A stretch of DNA of 64,000 nucleotides from Clostridiales bacterium UBA1758. Lineage in GTDB: Bacteria; Bacillota; Clostridia; Oscillospirales; UBA1758. This document shows positions 52,979 through 62,846 of this stretch, piece by piece. The stretch lies in contig DCHG01000067.1 in assembly GCA_002315595.1 (NCBI GenBank), positions 3,422-67,421 of the forward strand, in the 5' to 3' direction. Numbering within the stretch: the stretch's first letter is position 1; each line of letters opens with the position of its first letter. The position numbers were made by a program, and so were the translations under genes. The notes beneath the pieces were generated by a model that saw nothing but the letters and a program-made list of their open reading frames with translations, made no database searches and had not been told where the DNA came from.

Positions 52979-54808
52979 ATGGAAGAAAAAAAGAGGAAGA
53001 AATCTTCTCCACTCGGATTGATTTGGGGCTTTTCGAGAGGAGCAAGAGGCAATTTTGTTGCGGCGGTTGTGTTTTCGCTTGTCAGTATTGTTTTGAGTTC
53101 TCTTGTTCCGCAGGTCATTCGAATTACGGTCGACTCCATTATCGGCGATTATGAATTTGCCCTGCCGCAATTTGTGATCGACTGGATCGAAGCCATCGGC
53201 GGCAGAGAAATGATTCGCACGCATTTGATCTTTTGCGCCGCGGGAATTGTTGTTTTTTCGGCATTGTCGGGGCTTTGCAACTACGGCTCGCGTATGAATA
53301 TTATGAGTGGCACGGAAAAGGTTGTTAAATCCATGCGTGACCGCTTGTTTTCCCATGTTCAGCGACTGCCGTTTGCGTGGCATGTGATGAACCAGACGGG
53401 CGATATCATCCAGCGTTGTACTTCGGATGTCGAGGTCATTCGAAACTTCATCTCCGGGCAACTTTTGGAGGTTGTGCGAACGGTCATCCTTATCACGGTG
53501 TCGTTGTTTATGCTGTTCCGTATCAATGGGGAACTTGCATTCATTGTCGCTGCATTTATTCCGTTTGTCATGTTGTATTCGGGTTTCTTCTTTTCGAAGA
53601 TTGCAAAAAACTTTATGACCGCGGATGAGGCAGAAGGTGATCTGACCGTTGATATTCAGGAAAATCTGACCGGCGTTCGTGTTGTCCGTGCATTCGGACG
53701 CGAACGGTATGAAGTCGATAAATTCGATAAAAAGAATAACTTTTTTGCCGATCTTTGGATCCGTGTCGGCAAATTGTTCAGCGCCTATTGGAGTATCGGC
53801 GACCTTGTAATGATGGGACAGATCTTGACAATGATCGTCTTGGGTGCGATTTATGCCGCAAATGGCAAACTCTCCATCGGCGAATTCACGGTCTTTATCA
53901 CCTATGTTCAAACCATTGCATGGCCGGTCAGAGCCCTTGGTCGGGTAATTTCCGAAATGAGCAAGACAGGCGTTTCCGTTGAGCGTCTGCGCGAGATCCT
54001 TGACGCCGACGAAGAACCCGCCGAACCAGAAGCCACTAAGCCCGACCTCAATCAAACCATCCGCTTTGACCACGTGACTTTCGGTTATGAGAACGCGAAG
54101 GTTTTGAAAGATGTTTCGTTTGACATCAAGCCGGGCACCGTTTTCGGCATTCTCGGTTCGACGGGATCGGGAAAATCCACGATCACTTATCTTCTCAACC
54201 GCCTTTACGATTTGCCCGAAAACAGCGGCGAAATCACCATCGGCGGTGTAAATATCAAAAAGATTGACCGCGAATATCTTCGTAAAAACGTCGGACTTGT
54301 TTTGCAGGAACCATTCCTCTTTTCCAAGACGATTTTCGAAAATATCCGTGTTGCATCGGACGAAGCCGACCTCAACGAGGTCCGTCGAAACGCAAAGATC
54401 GCCGCAGTGGACGATTCCATTATCGGATTTGCACAGGGTTATGACACCGTTGTCGGTGAACGCGGCGTAACGCTTTCGGGCGGACAAAAACAACGCGTCG
54501 CCATTGCGCGTACTCTAATGCTCGGTGCGCCGATTATGATCTTCGACGACTCGATGTCTGCGGTGGATATGGAAACCGACGCAAAGATTCGTGAAGCACT
54601 TCGCGCAAACACCGGGGCTTCGACGGTCATTTTGATCTCGCACCGTATCAATACTCTGATGCATTCCGAAAAGATCCTCGTTCTCGATGACGGAGAAGTA
54701 TGCGAACTTGGCACACACGAGGAATTGATTGCCAAAAACGGCATCTACAAGAGAATTTTCGATATCCAGTCCAATACCGGGGATGAGGAGGTGAGCACGA
54801 ATGAATGA
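52979..54808 (+). CDS. Heterodimeric multidrug-type ABC exporter, subunit 1 (fused TMD-NBD, BmrC/YheI-like)
   Basis: Six TM segments plus an NBD with [22 protein letters not shown] and IFDDSMSAVD. Confidence 0.9.
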   Translation: MEEKKRKKSSPLGLIWGFSRGARGNFVAAVVFSLVSIVLSSLVPQVIRITVDSIIGDYEFALPQFVIDWIEAIGGREMIRTHLIFCAAGIVVFSALSGLCNYGSRMNIMSGTEKVVKSMRDRLFSHVQRLPFAWHVMNQTGDIIQRCTSDVEVIRNFISGQLLEVVRTVILITVSLFMLFRINGELAFIVAAFIPFVMLYSGFFFSKIAKNFMTADEAEGDLTVDIQENLTGVRVVRAFGRERYEVDKFDKKNNFFADLWIRVGKLFSAYWSIGDLVMMGQILTMIVLGAIYAANGKLSIGEFTVFITYVQTIAWPVRALGRVISEMSKTGVSVERLREILDADEEPAEPEATKPDLNQTIRFDHVTFGYENAKVLKDVSFDIKPGTVFGILGSTGSGKSTITYLLNRLYDLPENSGEITIGGVNIKKIDREYLRKNVGLVLQEPFLFSKTIFENIRVASDEADLNEVRRNAKIAAVDDSIIGFAQGYDTVVGERGVTLSGGQKQRVAIARTLMLGAPIMIFDDSMSAVDMETDAKIREALRANTGASTVILISHRINTLMHSEKILVLDDGEVCELGTHEELIAKNGIYKRIFDIQSNTGDEEVSTNE

Positions 54809-56627
54809 GAATGAGGAAGTTGTCGGCAAACAGAGCCTTGACCTCAAGGTTTGGAAAAAACTATGGCCGTTTGTCAAGCCCTATTGGGGCAGGATTCTCG
54901 GTATCATTTTCATGATGATTTTCAGCGCCGGCGTCGATGTCGCTATGCCGCTTATGTTGAGTTATGCGGTCGACAATTTTGTCACACCGCGTGTCACAAC
55001 GGGTATTGTGCCGTTTACGGTCGTTTACGGTACGATCGCGTTATTGCAGATTTTTTCGACTTATGCGTTCTGTCGATTCTGCTGGGCGATCGAAATGCGG
55101 CTCGGCCGTGACCTCAAGCGTGCAACCTTTTACCACCTGCAAAAACTATCGTTCTCCTATTACAATCAAAACTCCGTCGGGTATCTTGTCGCCCGCGTGA
55201 TGAGCGATACCGGCCGTATCAGCGGTATGGTCGCATGGGGCGCGGTCGATCTGTTTTGGGGCGTGACCTACATCATCGGCGTGTTCGTCGCCATGTTGTG
55301 CATCAATTTCCGCCTTGCGATCCTTGTCATTCTCGTTGTCCCGGTCATTGTATTTCTCACGAAATTTTTCCAAAAGCGTATTCTTGCCACAAACCGCAAG
55401 GTGCGTTCGCTGAATTCAAAAATCACGGGTGCATATAATGAAGGAATTACCGGTGCGAAAACATCGAAAACCCTCGTCATCGAGAGTAAGAACGATCGCG
55501 ATTTTGAGGAACTTACCGGTGAAATGTACCGTGAGTCTATGCACTTGACGCGTCTGAACGCCGTGTTCATCCCGATTATCACCTTTGCGGGATCTTTTGC
55601 GGCGGCAATCGTTTTGGCAAGAGGCGGTCATCAGGTCATGAACGGCGTGATCAAGTACGGCGTGCTTTCTGCGTTCATCACCTACGCGCTTTCCGTCCTT
55701 GATCCGATACAAAACGTTGCACGAACCATCGCCGATGTCATTGCGACACAGGTTAATGTCGAACGCGTTTCCGCACTCATGGAACATCCCGAAGATATTA
55801 AGGACTCCGTCGAGATCGAAGCCAAATACGGCGACTGCTTTGAGCCGAAGCAGGAGAACTGGGAACCGATCCACGGCGATATCGAATTCAAAGATGTATG
55901 GTTCAAATACCCGGATGGGGACGATTACATTCTGGAAAATTTTAATCTGAAAATACCCGCAGGAACGACTGTTGCCATCGTCGGAGAAACCGGGGCAGGT
56001 AAGTCAACACTGGTCAATCTCGCCTGCCGTTTCTTCGAGCCGAACAAGGGACAGATCCTCATCGACGGCGTCGACTATCGCGAAAGAAGCCAACTTTGGC
56101 TCCATTCGGGGCTCGGTTATGTGTTACAAAACCCGCATTTGTTCTCCGGAAGTGTACGCGAAAACATTCGTTACGGTCGTCTTGATGCGACGGATGATGA
56201 GGTTGCCGAAGCCGCGAAACTCGTCAGTGCCGACACGGTGGTGGCGAAACTTGAAAAGGGATATGACAGCGATGTCGGCGAAGGCGGCGACCGTCTTTCG
56301 ACCGGCGAAAAACAGTTGATCTCCTTTGCACGTGCGGTGCTTGCCGATCCGCCGATCTTTGTCCTCGACGAAGCGACGAGTTCTATCGACACCGAAACCG
56401 AGCAATTGATCCAAAACGCGATTTCGCATATTTTGAAGGGAAGGACATCCTTTCTTATCGCTCATCGTCTTTCGACGATCCGTCGTGCAGACCTGATTTT
56501 GGTCGTCCGCGACGGCAAGATCATCGAGCAGGGCACGCACGATGAACTCATCGCGTCCAAGGGCTATTATGAATCGCTTTACAAAAAGCAGTTTTCCGCC
56601 GAGGCGGAAGAAAATATACTTCACTAA
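54801..56627 (+). CDS. Heterodimeric multidrug-type ABC exporter, subunit 2 (BmrD/YheH-like)
   Basis: 8-nt overlap with subunit 1. Motifs GETGAGKST, LSTGEKQLISFARA and VLDEATSSID. Confidence 0.9.
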   Translation: MNENEEVVGKQSLDLKVWKKLWPFVKPYWGRILGIIFMMIFSAGVDVAMPLMLSYAVDNFVTPRVTTGIVPFTVVYGTIALLQIFSTYAFCRFCWAIEMRLGRDLKRATFYHLQKLSFSYYNQNSVGYLVARVMSDTGRISGMVAWGAVDLFWGVTYIIGVFVAMLCINFRLAILVILVVPVIVFLTKFFQKRILATNRKVRSLNSKITGAYNEGITGAKTSKTLVIESKNDRDFEELTGEMYRESMHLTRLNAVFIPIITFAGSFAAAIVLARGGHQVMNGVIKYGVLSAFITYALSVLDPIQNVARTIADVIATQVNVERVSALMEHPEDIKDSVEIEAKYGDCFEPKQENWEPIHGDIEFKDVWFKYPDGDDYILENFNLKIPAGTTVAIVGETGAGKSTLVNLACRFFEPNKGQILIDGVDYRERSQLWLHSGLGYVLQNPHLFSGSVRENIRYGRLDATDDEVAEAAKLVSADTVVAKLEKGYDSDVGEGGDRLSTGEKQLISFARAVLADPPIFVLDEATSSIDTETEQLIQNAISHILKGRTSFLIAHRLSTIRRADLILVVRDGKIIEQGTHDELIASKGYYESLYKKQFSAEAEENILH

Positions 56628-56628
56628 T

Positions 56629-56666
56629 AAAAAGGAGTGTCATCCGCGGATGACACTCCTTTTTTA
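56629..56666. terminator. Bidirectional rho-independent terminator
   Basis: AAAAAGGAGTGTCATCCGC-GGATGACACTCCTTTTTT. Confidence 0.8.
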
Positions 56667-56688
56667 ATTGTAAACGGGAAACGATGAA

Positions 56689-58596
56689 TTAAAGGGCTCT
56701 GTCCTTGATTTCCTTGGAAATCTTGGCGAGGAATTCATCGAAGGACTGAACGCCGAGGTCGCCGTCTTTGCGGCTGCGGACGGAAACATTGCCCGCCTCG
56801 GCTTCTTTGTCGCCGACGACGATCATATACGGGATCTTGAGGGACTGCGCTTCGCGGATTTTGTAACCGATCTTTTCGTTGCGAAGGTCGGTTTCGACAC
56901 GGATATCGGCGGCATTGAGTTTGTCGGCGATGGATTTAGCGTAGTCGGCGGCACGGTCGGTGATCGGCATGACCTTGACCTGAACCGGGCTGAGCCAAGT
57001 CGGGAAAGCGCCCGCAAAATGTTCGGTGATGACGCCGATAAAGCGTTCGATCGAGCCAAAGACAACGCGGTGAATCATAACCGGGCGATGCTTTTCGCCG
57101 TCAGCGCCGATATATTCCAGTTCAAAACGCTCCGGCAACTGACTGTCGAGCTGAATGGTACCACACTGCCAGGTTCTGCCGAGACAGTCGGAGATGTGGA
57201 AGTCGAGTTTCGGACCGTAGAACGCGCCGTCGCCTTCATTGATGACAAAGGTTTTTCCCATTTCGGTGATGGCGTTGCGGAGGATATTTTGGTTTTCTTC
57301 CCATTCGGCTTCGGTGCCGATGTGGCTTTCCGGCATGGTGGAAAGCTCGATTTCATATTCAAGACCGAACAGCGAATAGACTTCGTCAAACAGACGGACG
57401 ACATTTTTGATTTCTTCGCTCATCTGTTCCTTGGTCATGAAGATATGCGCGTCATCCTGTGTGAAGCAACGGACGCGGAACAGACCGTGGAGCGCGCCGG
57501 AAAGTTCATGACGGTGGACAAGACCGAGTTCACCGGCTCTGATCGGCAGATCACGGTAGGAGTGCGGCTCGGATTTGTAGATTAACATTCCGCCCGGACA
57601 GTTCATCGGCTTGATGGCAAAATCCTCGTCGTCGATGGAGGTGGTATACATATTTTCCTTGTAATGGAACCAGTGACCGCTGCGTTCCCAAAGTTGACGG
57701 TTGAGGATCATCGGGGTGGAGATTTCGACATAGCCGTATCTCTTGTGGATCTCGCGCCAATAGTCGATGAGGGTGTTGCGAAGCACCATGCCCTTGGGCA
57801 GGAAGAAGGGGAATCCTGGGCCTTCGTCCTTGAGCAGATACAGACCGAGTTCTTTGCCGAGTTTGCGGTGGTCGCGTTTTTTGGCCTCCTCGATCAGGGT
57901 GATATAGGCTTCAAGATCCTCTTTTTTGGTGAAAGCGGTTGCGTAAAGACGCTGGAGCATCTTTTTGGTGGAGTCACCGCGCCAGTATGCGCCGGTGACG
58001 CTGGTAATTTTGAAAGCCTTGACGGCACCGGTGGAGAAAAGGTGCGGTCCGGCACAAAGATCGGTGAAGTCGTCCTGTTTGTAGAACGAGATCGCGGCGT
58101 CTTCGGGAAGATCCTCGATCAGTTCGACCTTGTACGGCTCGTTCTTTTCCTGCATGAAGGCAATGGCTTCTTCACGCGGAAGTTCAAAACGTTCAAGACG
58201 ATAGTTTGCCTTGACGATCTTTTTCATCTCGGCTTCGATTTTTGCAAAATCGTCCGGGGTGAAGGTGAAATCACAGTCGATGTCATAGTAGAAGCCGTTG
58301 TCGATGGAAGGACCGATGGCAAGTTTCGCATCCGGCCAAAGGCGTTTGATGGCCTGGGCGAGAATGTGAGAAGCGGTGTGGCGGAGGGTACGACGGCCGC
58401 CTTCATCGTCGAAGGTGAGAAGTTTCAGCGAGCAATCGGCGGTCAGCGGATGGGTGAGATCGACGGTTTCGCCGTCGACTTCGGCGGCAAGAACGCCACG
58501 CAGGGATTCGGGGGCTACGGCGTTTACGGCGTCATAGCAGGTAATGCCGGATTCGTATTCATGTACCGAACCATCGGCAAAAGTAACTTTGATCAT
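56689..58596 (-). CDS. thrS: Threonine--tRNA ligase
   Basis: 635 aa with a TGS N-terminus (MIKVTFADGS), editing domain HTASHILAQA and class II motifs. Confidence 0.95.
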   Translation of the reverse strand: MIKVTFADGSVHEYESGITCYDAVNAVAPESLRGVLAAEVDGETVDLTHPLTADCSLKLLTFDDEGGRRTLRHTASHILAQAIKRLWPDAKLAIGPSIDNGFYYDIDCDFTFTPDDFAKIEAEMKKIVKANYRLERFELPREEAIAFMQEKNEPYKVELIEDLPEDAAISFYKQDDFTDLCAGPHLFSTGAVKAFKITSVTGAYWRGDSTKKMLQRLYATAFTKKEDLEAYITLIEEAKKRDHRKLGKELGLYLLKDEGPGFPFFLPKGMVLRNTLIDYWREIHKRYGYVEISTPMILNRQLWERSGHWFHYKENMYTTSIDDEDFAIKPMNCPGGMLIYKSEPHSYRDLPIRAGELGLVHRHELSGALHGLFRVRCFTQDDAHIFMTKEQMSEEIKNVVRLFDEVYSLFGLEYEIELSTMPESHIGTEAEWEENQNILRNAITEMGKTFVINEGDGAFYGPKLDFHISDCLGRTWQCGTIQLDSQLPERFELEYIGADGEKHRPVMIHRVVFGSIERFIGVITEHFAGAFPTWLSPVQVKVMPITDRAADYAKSIADKLNAADIRVETDLRNEKIGYKIREAQSLKIPYMIVVGDKEAEAGNVSVRSRKDGDLGVQSFDEFLAKISKEIKDRAL

Positions 58597-58599
58597 TGT

Positions 58600-58872
58600 T
58601 TTTATTCCTTTCGTCGTCTTTTTTTACGAGTTGTTTGTGAGATAAAAAAACACCCCTGACGAATGTCAGGGGTGCGTATGCACGGTTCCACCCTGCTTGC
58701 GCGATCGTGATCGCGCCGCTTTGGATCGAATATCGCCGATCGGACGTTCGGGCATTTCCTCCCGAAAAGGCTCAGAGGCGGTGTGACGATCGAGACGATA
58801 CCTACGCGGACTTTCAGCCGTGATCCACGCTCTCTTGCGGCCGTCGGGATGCCAAAACTCTTCATAGCCATT
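58600..58872 (-). promoter_or_regulatory. T-box leader (threonine specifier) controlling thrS
   Basis: The minus strand carries AGAGA in stem I, a candidate ACC specifier in CGTCACACCGCC, the T-box sequence CAGGGTGGAACCGTG, and the terminator CACCCCTGAC-attc-GTCAGGGGTG followed by TTTTTTT (58644-58674). Confidence 0.85.
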
Positions 58873-58879
58873 TGTGGGT

Positions 58880-58908
58880 ATTTTATCACCGTAAATCTTG
58901 TTTGTCAA
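58880..58908 (-). promoter_or_regulatory. Sigma-A promoter of the thrS T-box leader
   Basis: Minus strand reads TTGACA, 17 nt, TAAAAT. Confidence 0.6.
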
Positions 58909-58950
58909 GGGTTTTGCGACGATTTCGGCAGTTTTATGCCGAAAAGGTTC

Positions 58951-60315
58951 TCAATCGACCTTTTTCATCGTGACAAGATAGGTGCCGAACAACGGGATCG
59001 TAAGATACGACTTTCCCGCAACGCCGCGGATTGTTTCACTGCGGACGGGATCGGCGTCGTGGCCGGCGTCGAGCAGGCGGTATTCGACCTCGTAGGCACC
59101 GTCCGCCATGCCGTCAAAACTGACACAGACTTTTTTCTCCTCGGCAACATCGATATCATCATAATAAGTGAGCATGAATGCCATATCCGTGTCGTTTTTT
59201 GTAGCACAGCAGATGATTTTCGAATCATTTGTGCCATTGTCGATCGCCACGAGGCGACCGAGATCATACAGCCGCTTGAACATCCAAAACGGATAGTAGC
59301 CTTTCAGTTTGTCACAAACGAAGTCCGTGCTGAAAAGTCCGTTCATACCGCAGGGTCGGGCATCGTAGTACATCAAAAGGTCGAGGGGTTGATAGGCGGA
59401 GGCTTCGATGACGGAGGCGATGAAAGCGGCGCCCTTCAAATTCTTTTCGGTACGAAGTGAATAAACCCATTCATCACCCACCCAACCCTTGACATAGTTC
59501 CACTCGTCGAGGATGCTTTCGGCCTCGGTAAAGCCGAATTTGTCGAGGATTTCGCGTGCCGCCTTTTCGGCATAAGTGATCTCGGACGGGAGTTTGGCAT
59601 AACAATGCCACGAGAAAAAGTCCATCGGCACCTTACGGTCGCGGCAGTAGGAAAGGAAATCATCCACCCAGCCTTGCACGGGATAGCAGACGGCAGGACC
59701 GCCGATTTTGAGGCTTGGGAAGCGGTTTTTCAAATGCTTTGCGGTGATTTCAAACAACTCGCAGAACTGCTCTTTGGTACCGCCCCAACATTTTTTGTTG
59801 ACGGGATCGGTTTCATCCGAACCGAGATCCGGCTCGTTCCAAATCTCCCAATAGGTGATTTTGTAACGGAAGCCGTCCGCCCAGCCTTCGGTGTAGTGGG
59901 CGATGATATGTTCGCAAACGGCAGCCCATTTTTTGAAATCGGGGGGAGGGAGCGTGCCGTATTTTTTCGGCCAATGCTCGATTTTACTGCCGAGACGATA
60001 GAAGGGCTCGACGCCGGCGTAGACCATGACTTTGAGATATTCGTCGGTCAAGACGAAATCATAGGATGCGGGATCGTTTTCGTCCTTTGAAAAATCGGGG
60101 AAGATCGCGTGAACGTCGATCGTGTGTTCACCGCCGTAACTCGAATAAAACGATGCGTCGTGTGTGCGTGCATAGGGGATGCCCGCATCACGGAAAGCGT
60201 CGATATTCGTAATGCGTTGATCTTCGGTGAATTTGTAAACGGGACCGTTGTTGACCGCGTGCATTGGTCGGATCGCGCCGAGTTCTTCGGCAAAATGCAG
60301 TTTGATTTCGTCCAT
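58951..60315 (-). CDS. Clan GH-A glycoside hydrolase (GH39-like); the start codon is ambiguous (ATG 60315 or GTG 60342)
   Basis: The YWEIWNEPD acid/base motif and TIM-barrel texture, with no signal peptide. Confidence 0.7.
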   Translation of the reverse strand: MDEIKLHFAEELGAIRPMHAVNNGPVYKFTEDQRITNIDAFRDAGIPYARTHDASFYSSYGGEHTIDVHAIFPDFSKDENDPASYDFVLTDEYLKVMVYAGVEPFYRLGSKIEHWPKKYGTLPPPDFKKWAAVCEHIIAHYTEGWADGFRYKITYWEIWNEPDLGSDETDPVNKKCWGGTKEQFCELFEITAKHLKNRFPSLKIGGPAVCYPVQGWVDDFLSYCRDRKVPMDFFSWHCYAKLPSEITYAEKAAREILDKFGFTEAESILDEWNYVKGWVGDEWVYSLRTEKNLKGAAFIASVIEASAYQPLDLLMYYDARPCGMNGLFSTDFVCDKLKGYYPFWMFKRLYDLGRLVAIDNGTNDSKIICCATKNDTDMAFMLTYYDDIDVAEEKKVCVSFDGMADGAYEVEYRLLDAGHDADPVRSETIRGVAGKSYLTIPLFGTYLVTMKKVD

Positions 60316-60362
60316 GTTTTTTGCGCATTTTGAAATGCGCACCCTCCTTTATCAGGTGAAAC

Positions 60363-61199
60363 TTATTTTTTCACAAAGAAAAGCGATGAAAAATAGAATA
60401 CTGCGAGAAACAGAACGATAGTTGCGCCGGTGGACGCACCCGAATAAAACGAGGTAATAAGTCCGGCGATCCCGCCGAGCAGTGCCGTCAGTACGGATAC
60501 TGCGGTGTAGGATCGGATCCTTGTGGTGAGGTTGCGCGCCGCAGCGGCGGGGAGTACAAGCATCGACGAGATGATCATCACACCAACCCATTCGATGGCG
60601 ACCATGACCACGATCGCCACCACACAGATAAACGCGGCATCGTAGAGTTGTGCGCGGATCCCGTAACTGCGCGCAAGGCCGGTATTGACGCCGAGCAGGT
60701 AGAGTTTATTGGAAAGAGTCACCCAAAACACCAAAACTCCCGCCAAAACGATCAGCGATAGACCAATCTGATGTGTGTTGACGCTCAAAAAATCGCCGAT
60801 GAGGTAGATGGTGTATTTTGAAAAACCGCCCCCGCTTGAAAGAAGAACAATGCCCAACGCCATTGCCGTCGACGAAAAAGCGCCGATGGCGGTGTTGGTG
60901 CCGACCTTGCCACGCCCTTTGACCAAAACGAGCAAGATCGAGAAAAACACGCCGAAAATGACCATCGAAACGGTCGGATCACCGATGCCGAGAAGCGCGC
61001 CGATCCCGATGCCCGCAAGTGCGGAATGACCGAGGGTATCGGAAAAAAACGCCAATTCATTGTTGACTACCAGCGTCCCGATCAGACCAAACATCGGCGT
61101 GATAATGAGGATCGCGATGAGCGCGTTTTTCATAAAATCATAGGAAAGCGGCTCAAACGGCAGGATGGTATCAATGAGTCGATAAATCGTATCCATCAC
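60363..61199 (-). CDS. znuB: Metal (Zn/Mn-type) ABC transporter permease
   Basis: ABC-3 family with 8-9 TM segments and a 4-nt overlap with the ATPase gene. Confidence 0.75.
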   Translation of the reverse strand: MMDTIYRLIDTILPFEPLSYDFMKNALIAILIITPMFGLIGTLVVNNELAFFSDTLGHSALAGIGIGALLGIGDPTVSMVIFGVFFSILLVLVKGRGKVGTNTAIGAFSSTAMALGIVLLSSGGGFSKYTIYLIGDFLSVNTHQIGLSLIVLAGVLVFWVTLSNKLYLLGVNTGLARSYGIRAQLYDAAFICVVAIVVMVAIEWVGVMIISSMLVLPAAAARNLTTRIRSYTAVSVLTALLGGIAGLITSFYSGASTGATIVLFLAVFYFSSLFFVKK

Positions 61200-61939
61200 A
61201 GAACACCCCCAAGAAATTGCGCGTATTGCTCGGATGCGACGACTTCTTTGGTCGGACCTACGGCACGAATGGTGCTATCGAGCAAAACCAATCTGTCCGA
61301 AAAGCGGGCGACAAGGTCAAGATCGTGGGAAACGATGATGATCGTCAAGTCAAACGAACGGCGGATATTGTCAAGCGTGGAATAGAACAGTTCCAACCCT
61401 GCCGGATCGACACCCGAAACGGGTTCGTCGAGCAGAAGAATGTCGGGCTCTTTTTCAAGCGCAAGGGCAAGCATAACTCGTTGCAATTCGCCGCCGGAGA
61501 GATGACCGACGCGATAATCGATCAGTTTTTCGGCGTTTACCTTGGCAAGAAGCCGTTCGGTGCGTTCTCTGACGGCGCGTCCCGTTCCGAGAAACACGGG
61601 GCGCGAGGAGGAAGCAAGGGCGAACAGATCCAACACCGACAACGGCGCACCACGGTCGGTTTCCAAAAACTGCGGCACATAGCCGATTCGCGGATGCGCA
61701 TCCACACCGGAGGCATCGACAAACGAGATGCTTCCTTCGTGCGGGATCAGCCCCAAAAGTGCCTTCAAAAAGGTGGATTTTCCCGCACCGTTCGGTCCGA
61801 CAATTGCGGTAATCTCACCGCAATGGATGTGAAGATTGACATTTTCAAGCACGGGACGGGAGGAATATGTAACCGTCAGTCCTTCGATTTTCGTACAACA
61901 GAGGCCGCAGGCATTTTTTGCGTTCGCGTCGTGGGTCAT
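61196..61939 (-). CDS. znuC: Metal ABC transporter ATP-binding protein
   Basis: Motifs GPNGAGKST, LSGGELQRV and LLLDEPVSGVD. ATG 61939 lies 4 nt after the binding-protein stop. Confidence 0.8.
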   Translation of the reverse strand: MTHDANAKNACGLCCTKIEGLTVTYSSRPVLENVNLHIHCGEITAIVGPNGAGKSTFLKALLGLIPHEGSISFVDASGVDAHPRIGYVPQFLETDRGAPLSVLDLFALASSSRPVFLGTGRAVRERTERLLAKVNAEKLIDYRVGHLSGGELQRVMLALALEKEPDILLLDEPVSGVDPAGLELFYSTLDNIRRSFDLTIIIVSHDLDLVARFSDRLVLLDSTIRAVGPTKEVVASEQYAQFLGGVL

Positions 61940-61943
61940 TTTT

Positions 61944-62846
61944 TCACCTGTTTTCCATAGCCTCGGCAATCGCCGTGGCATTGATTCTCATAATTTCGTG
62001 ATAAGCGTCTTTATCGGTGGTTTCGGTGTCGACGACCGTCGACAGGCGAATGACGGGAAGCCCCGTTTGATCGGCGAGCAAATCCACCACGGCGTCGGAA
62101 AGAGTGCCGTCGACAAAGACGGCGTCGGCTTCGCCTGATTTGGCGATATCAGTCAGTTTCGCAATATTAGCCGCGGAAAGTTCGCCGTCCTCGGAATGCG
62201 GCATTTCCCCCGCAATCTCGATACCGAACTCTTTGAACAGACAATCGAAAACGCCTGCGGTTGCGATGACGGATCGACCGTTGCAATCGGCAAGGATCTC
62301 GGCGAGCTCGTCACCGAGGTCGGCGAGTTTTTCGTCGTAGTTTGCGGCATTTTGGGCAATGCGTTCCGCTTCGTCGGGAAACAGTGCTTCAAGCGTGCCC
62401 GCAAGATAGGAAACGGAATTGCGGAATTCACTGACGGACATCCAAAAATGAACGCCCTCGGAATGATCATGACCATCGTGGTCGTGTTCTTCGGCGTCAA
62501 TGTTCGCACCGTCGGAAAGTACGATCGTTGTCAGTTTTGGCATGGAGTCGCCGAGTTTATCGGCAAAACCTTCAAAACCCGCGCCATTCATGATCAGCGC
62601 ATCGGATTTTGCCAGACATTTCATATCATCGGTGGTCAGGGTACGGTCGTGCATACAACCCGTGCCGTAACTCGAAAGAGAACCGAAGATGATATCGGTT
62701 CCTTCGACCAGATTTGAGAGGACGACACAACCGACCGTGGATGTAGATGTGAGAAATCCGCTTTCAGTGGTGTCGACATCCTGCTTGCAGGACACCAGAC
62801 TGAGCAGTAAAATTGCGGAAAGAACGAAAAGGATAATGCGTTTCAT
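61944..62846 (-). CDS. znuA: Zinc ABC transporter substrate-binding lipoprotein (cluster A-I) with a His/Asp-rich loop
   Basis: AGGAG RBS before ATG 62846. Lipobox LVSC. The loop DAEEHDHDGHDHSEGVH is typical of ZnuA. Confidence 0.8.
   Translation of the reverse strand: MKRIILFVLSAILLLSLVSCKQDVDTTESGFLTSTSTVGCVVLSNLVEGTDIIFGSLSSYGTGCMHDRTLTTDDMKCLAKSDALIMNGAGFEGFADKLGDSMPKLTTIVLSDGANIDAEEHDHDGHDHSEGVHFWMSVSEFRNSVSYLAGTLEALFPDEAERIAQNAANYDEKLADLGDELAEILADCNGRSVIATAGVFDCLFKEFGIEIAGEMPHSEDGELSAANIAKLTDIAKSGEADAVFVDGTLSDAVVDLLADQTGLPVIRLSTVVDTETTDKDAYHEIMRINATAIAEAMENR

Noticed and set aside
52889-54493. 534-aa minus-strand ORF
   Set aside because: It is antisense to ABC exporter subunit 1, which carries Walker A, signature and Walker B motifs. 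This is the same mirror-frame artefact.
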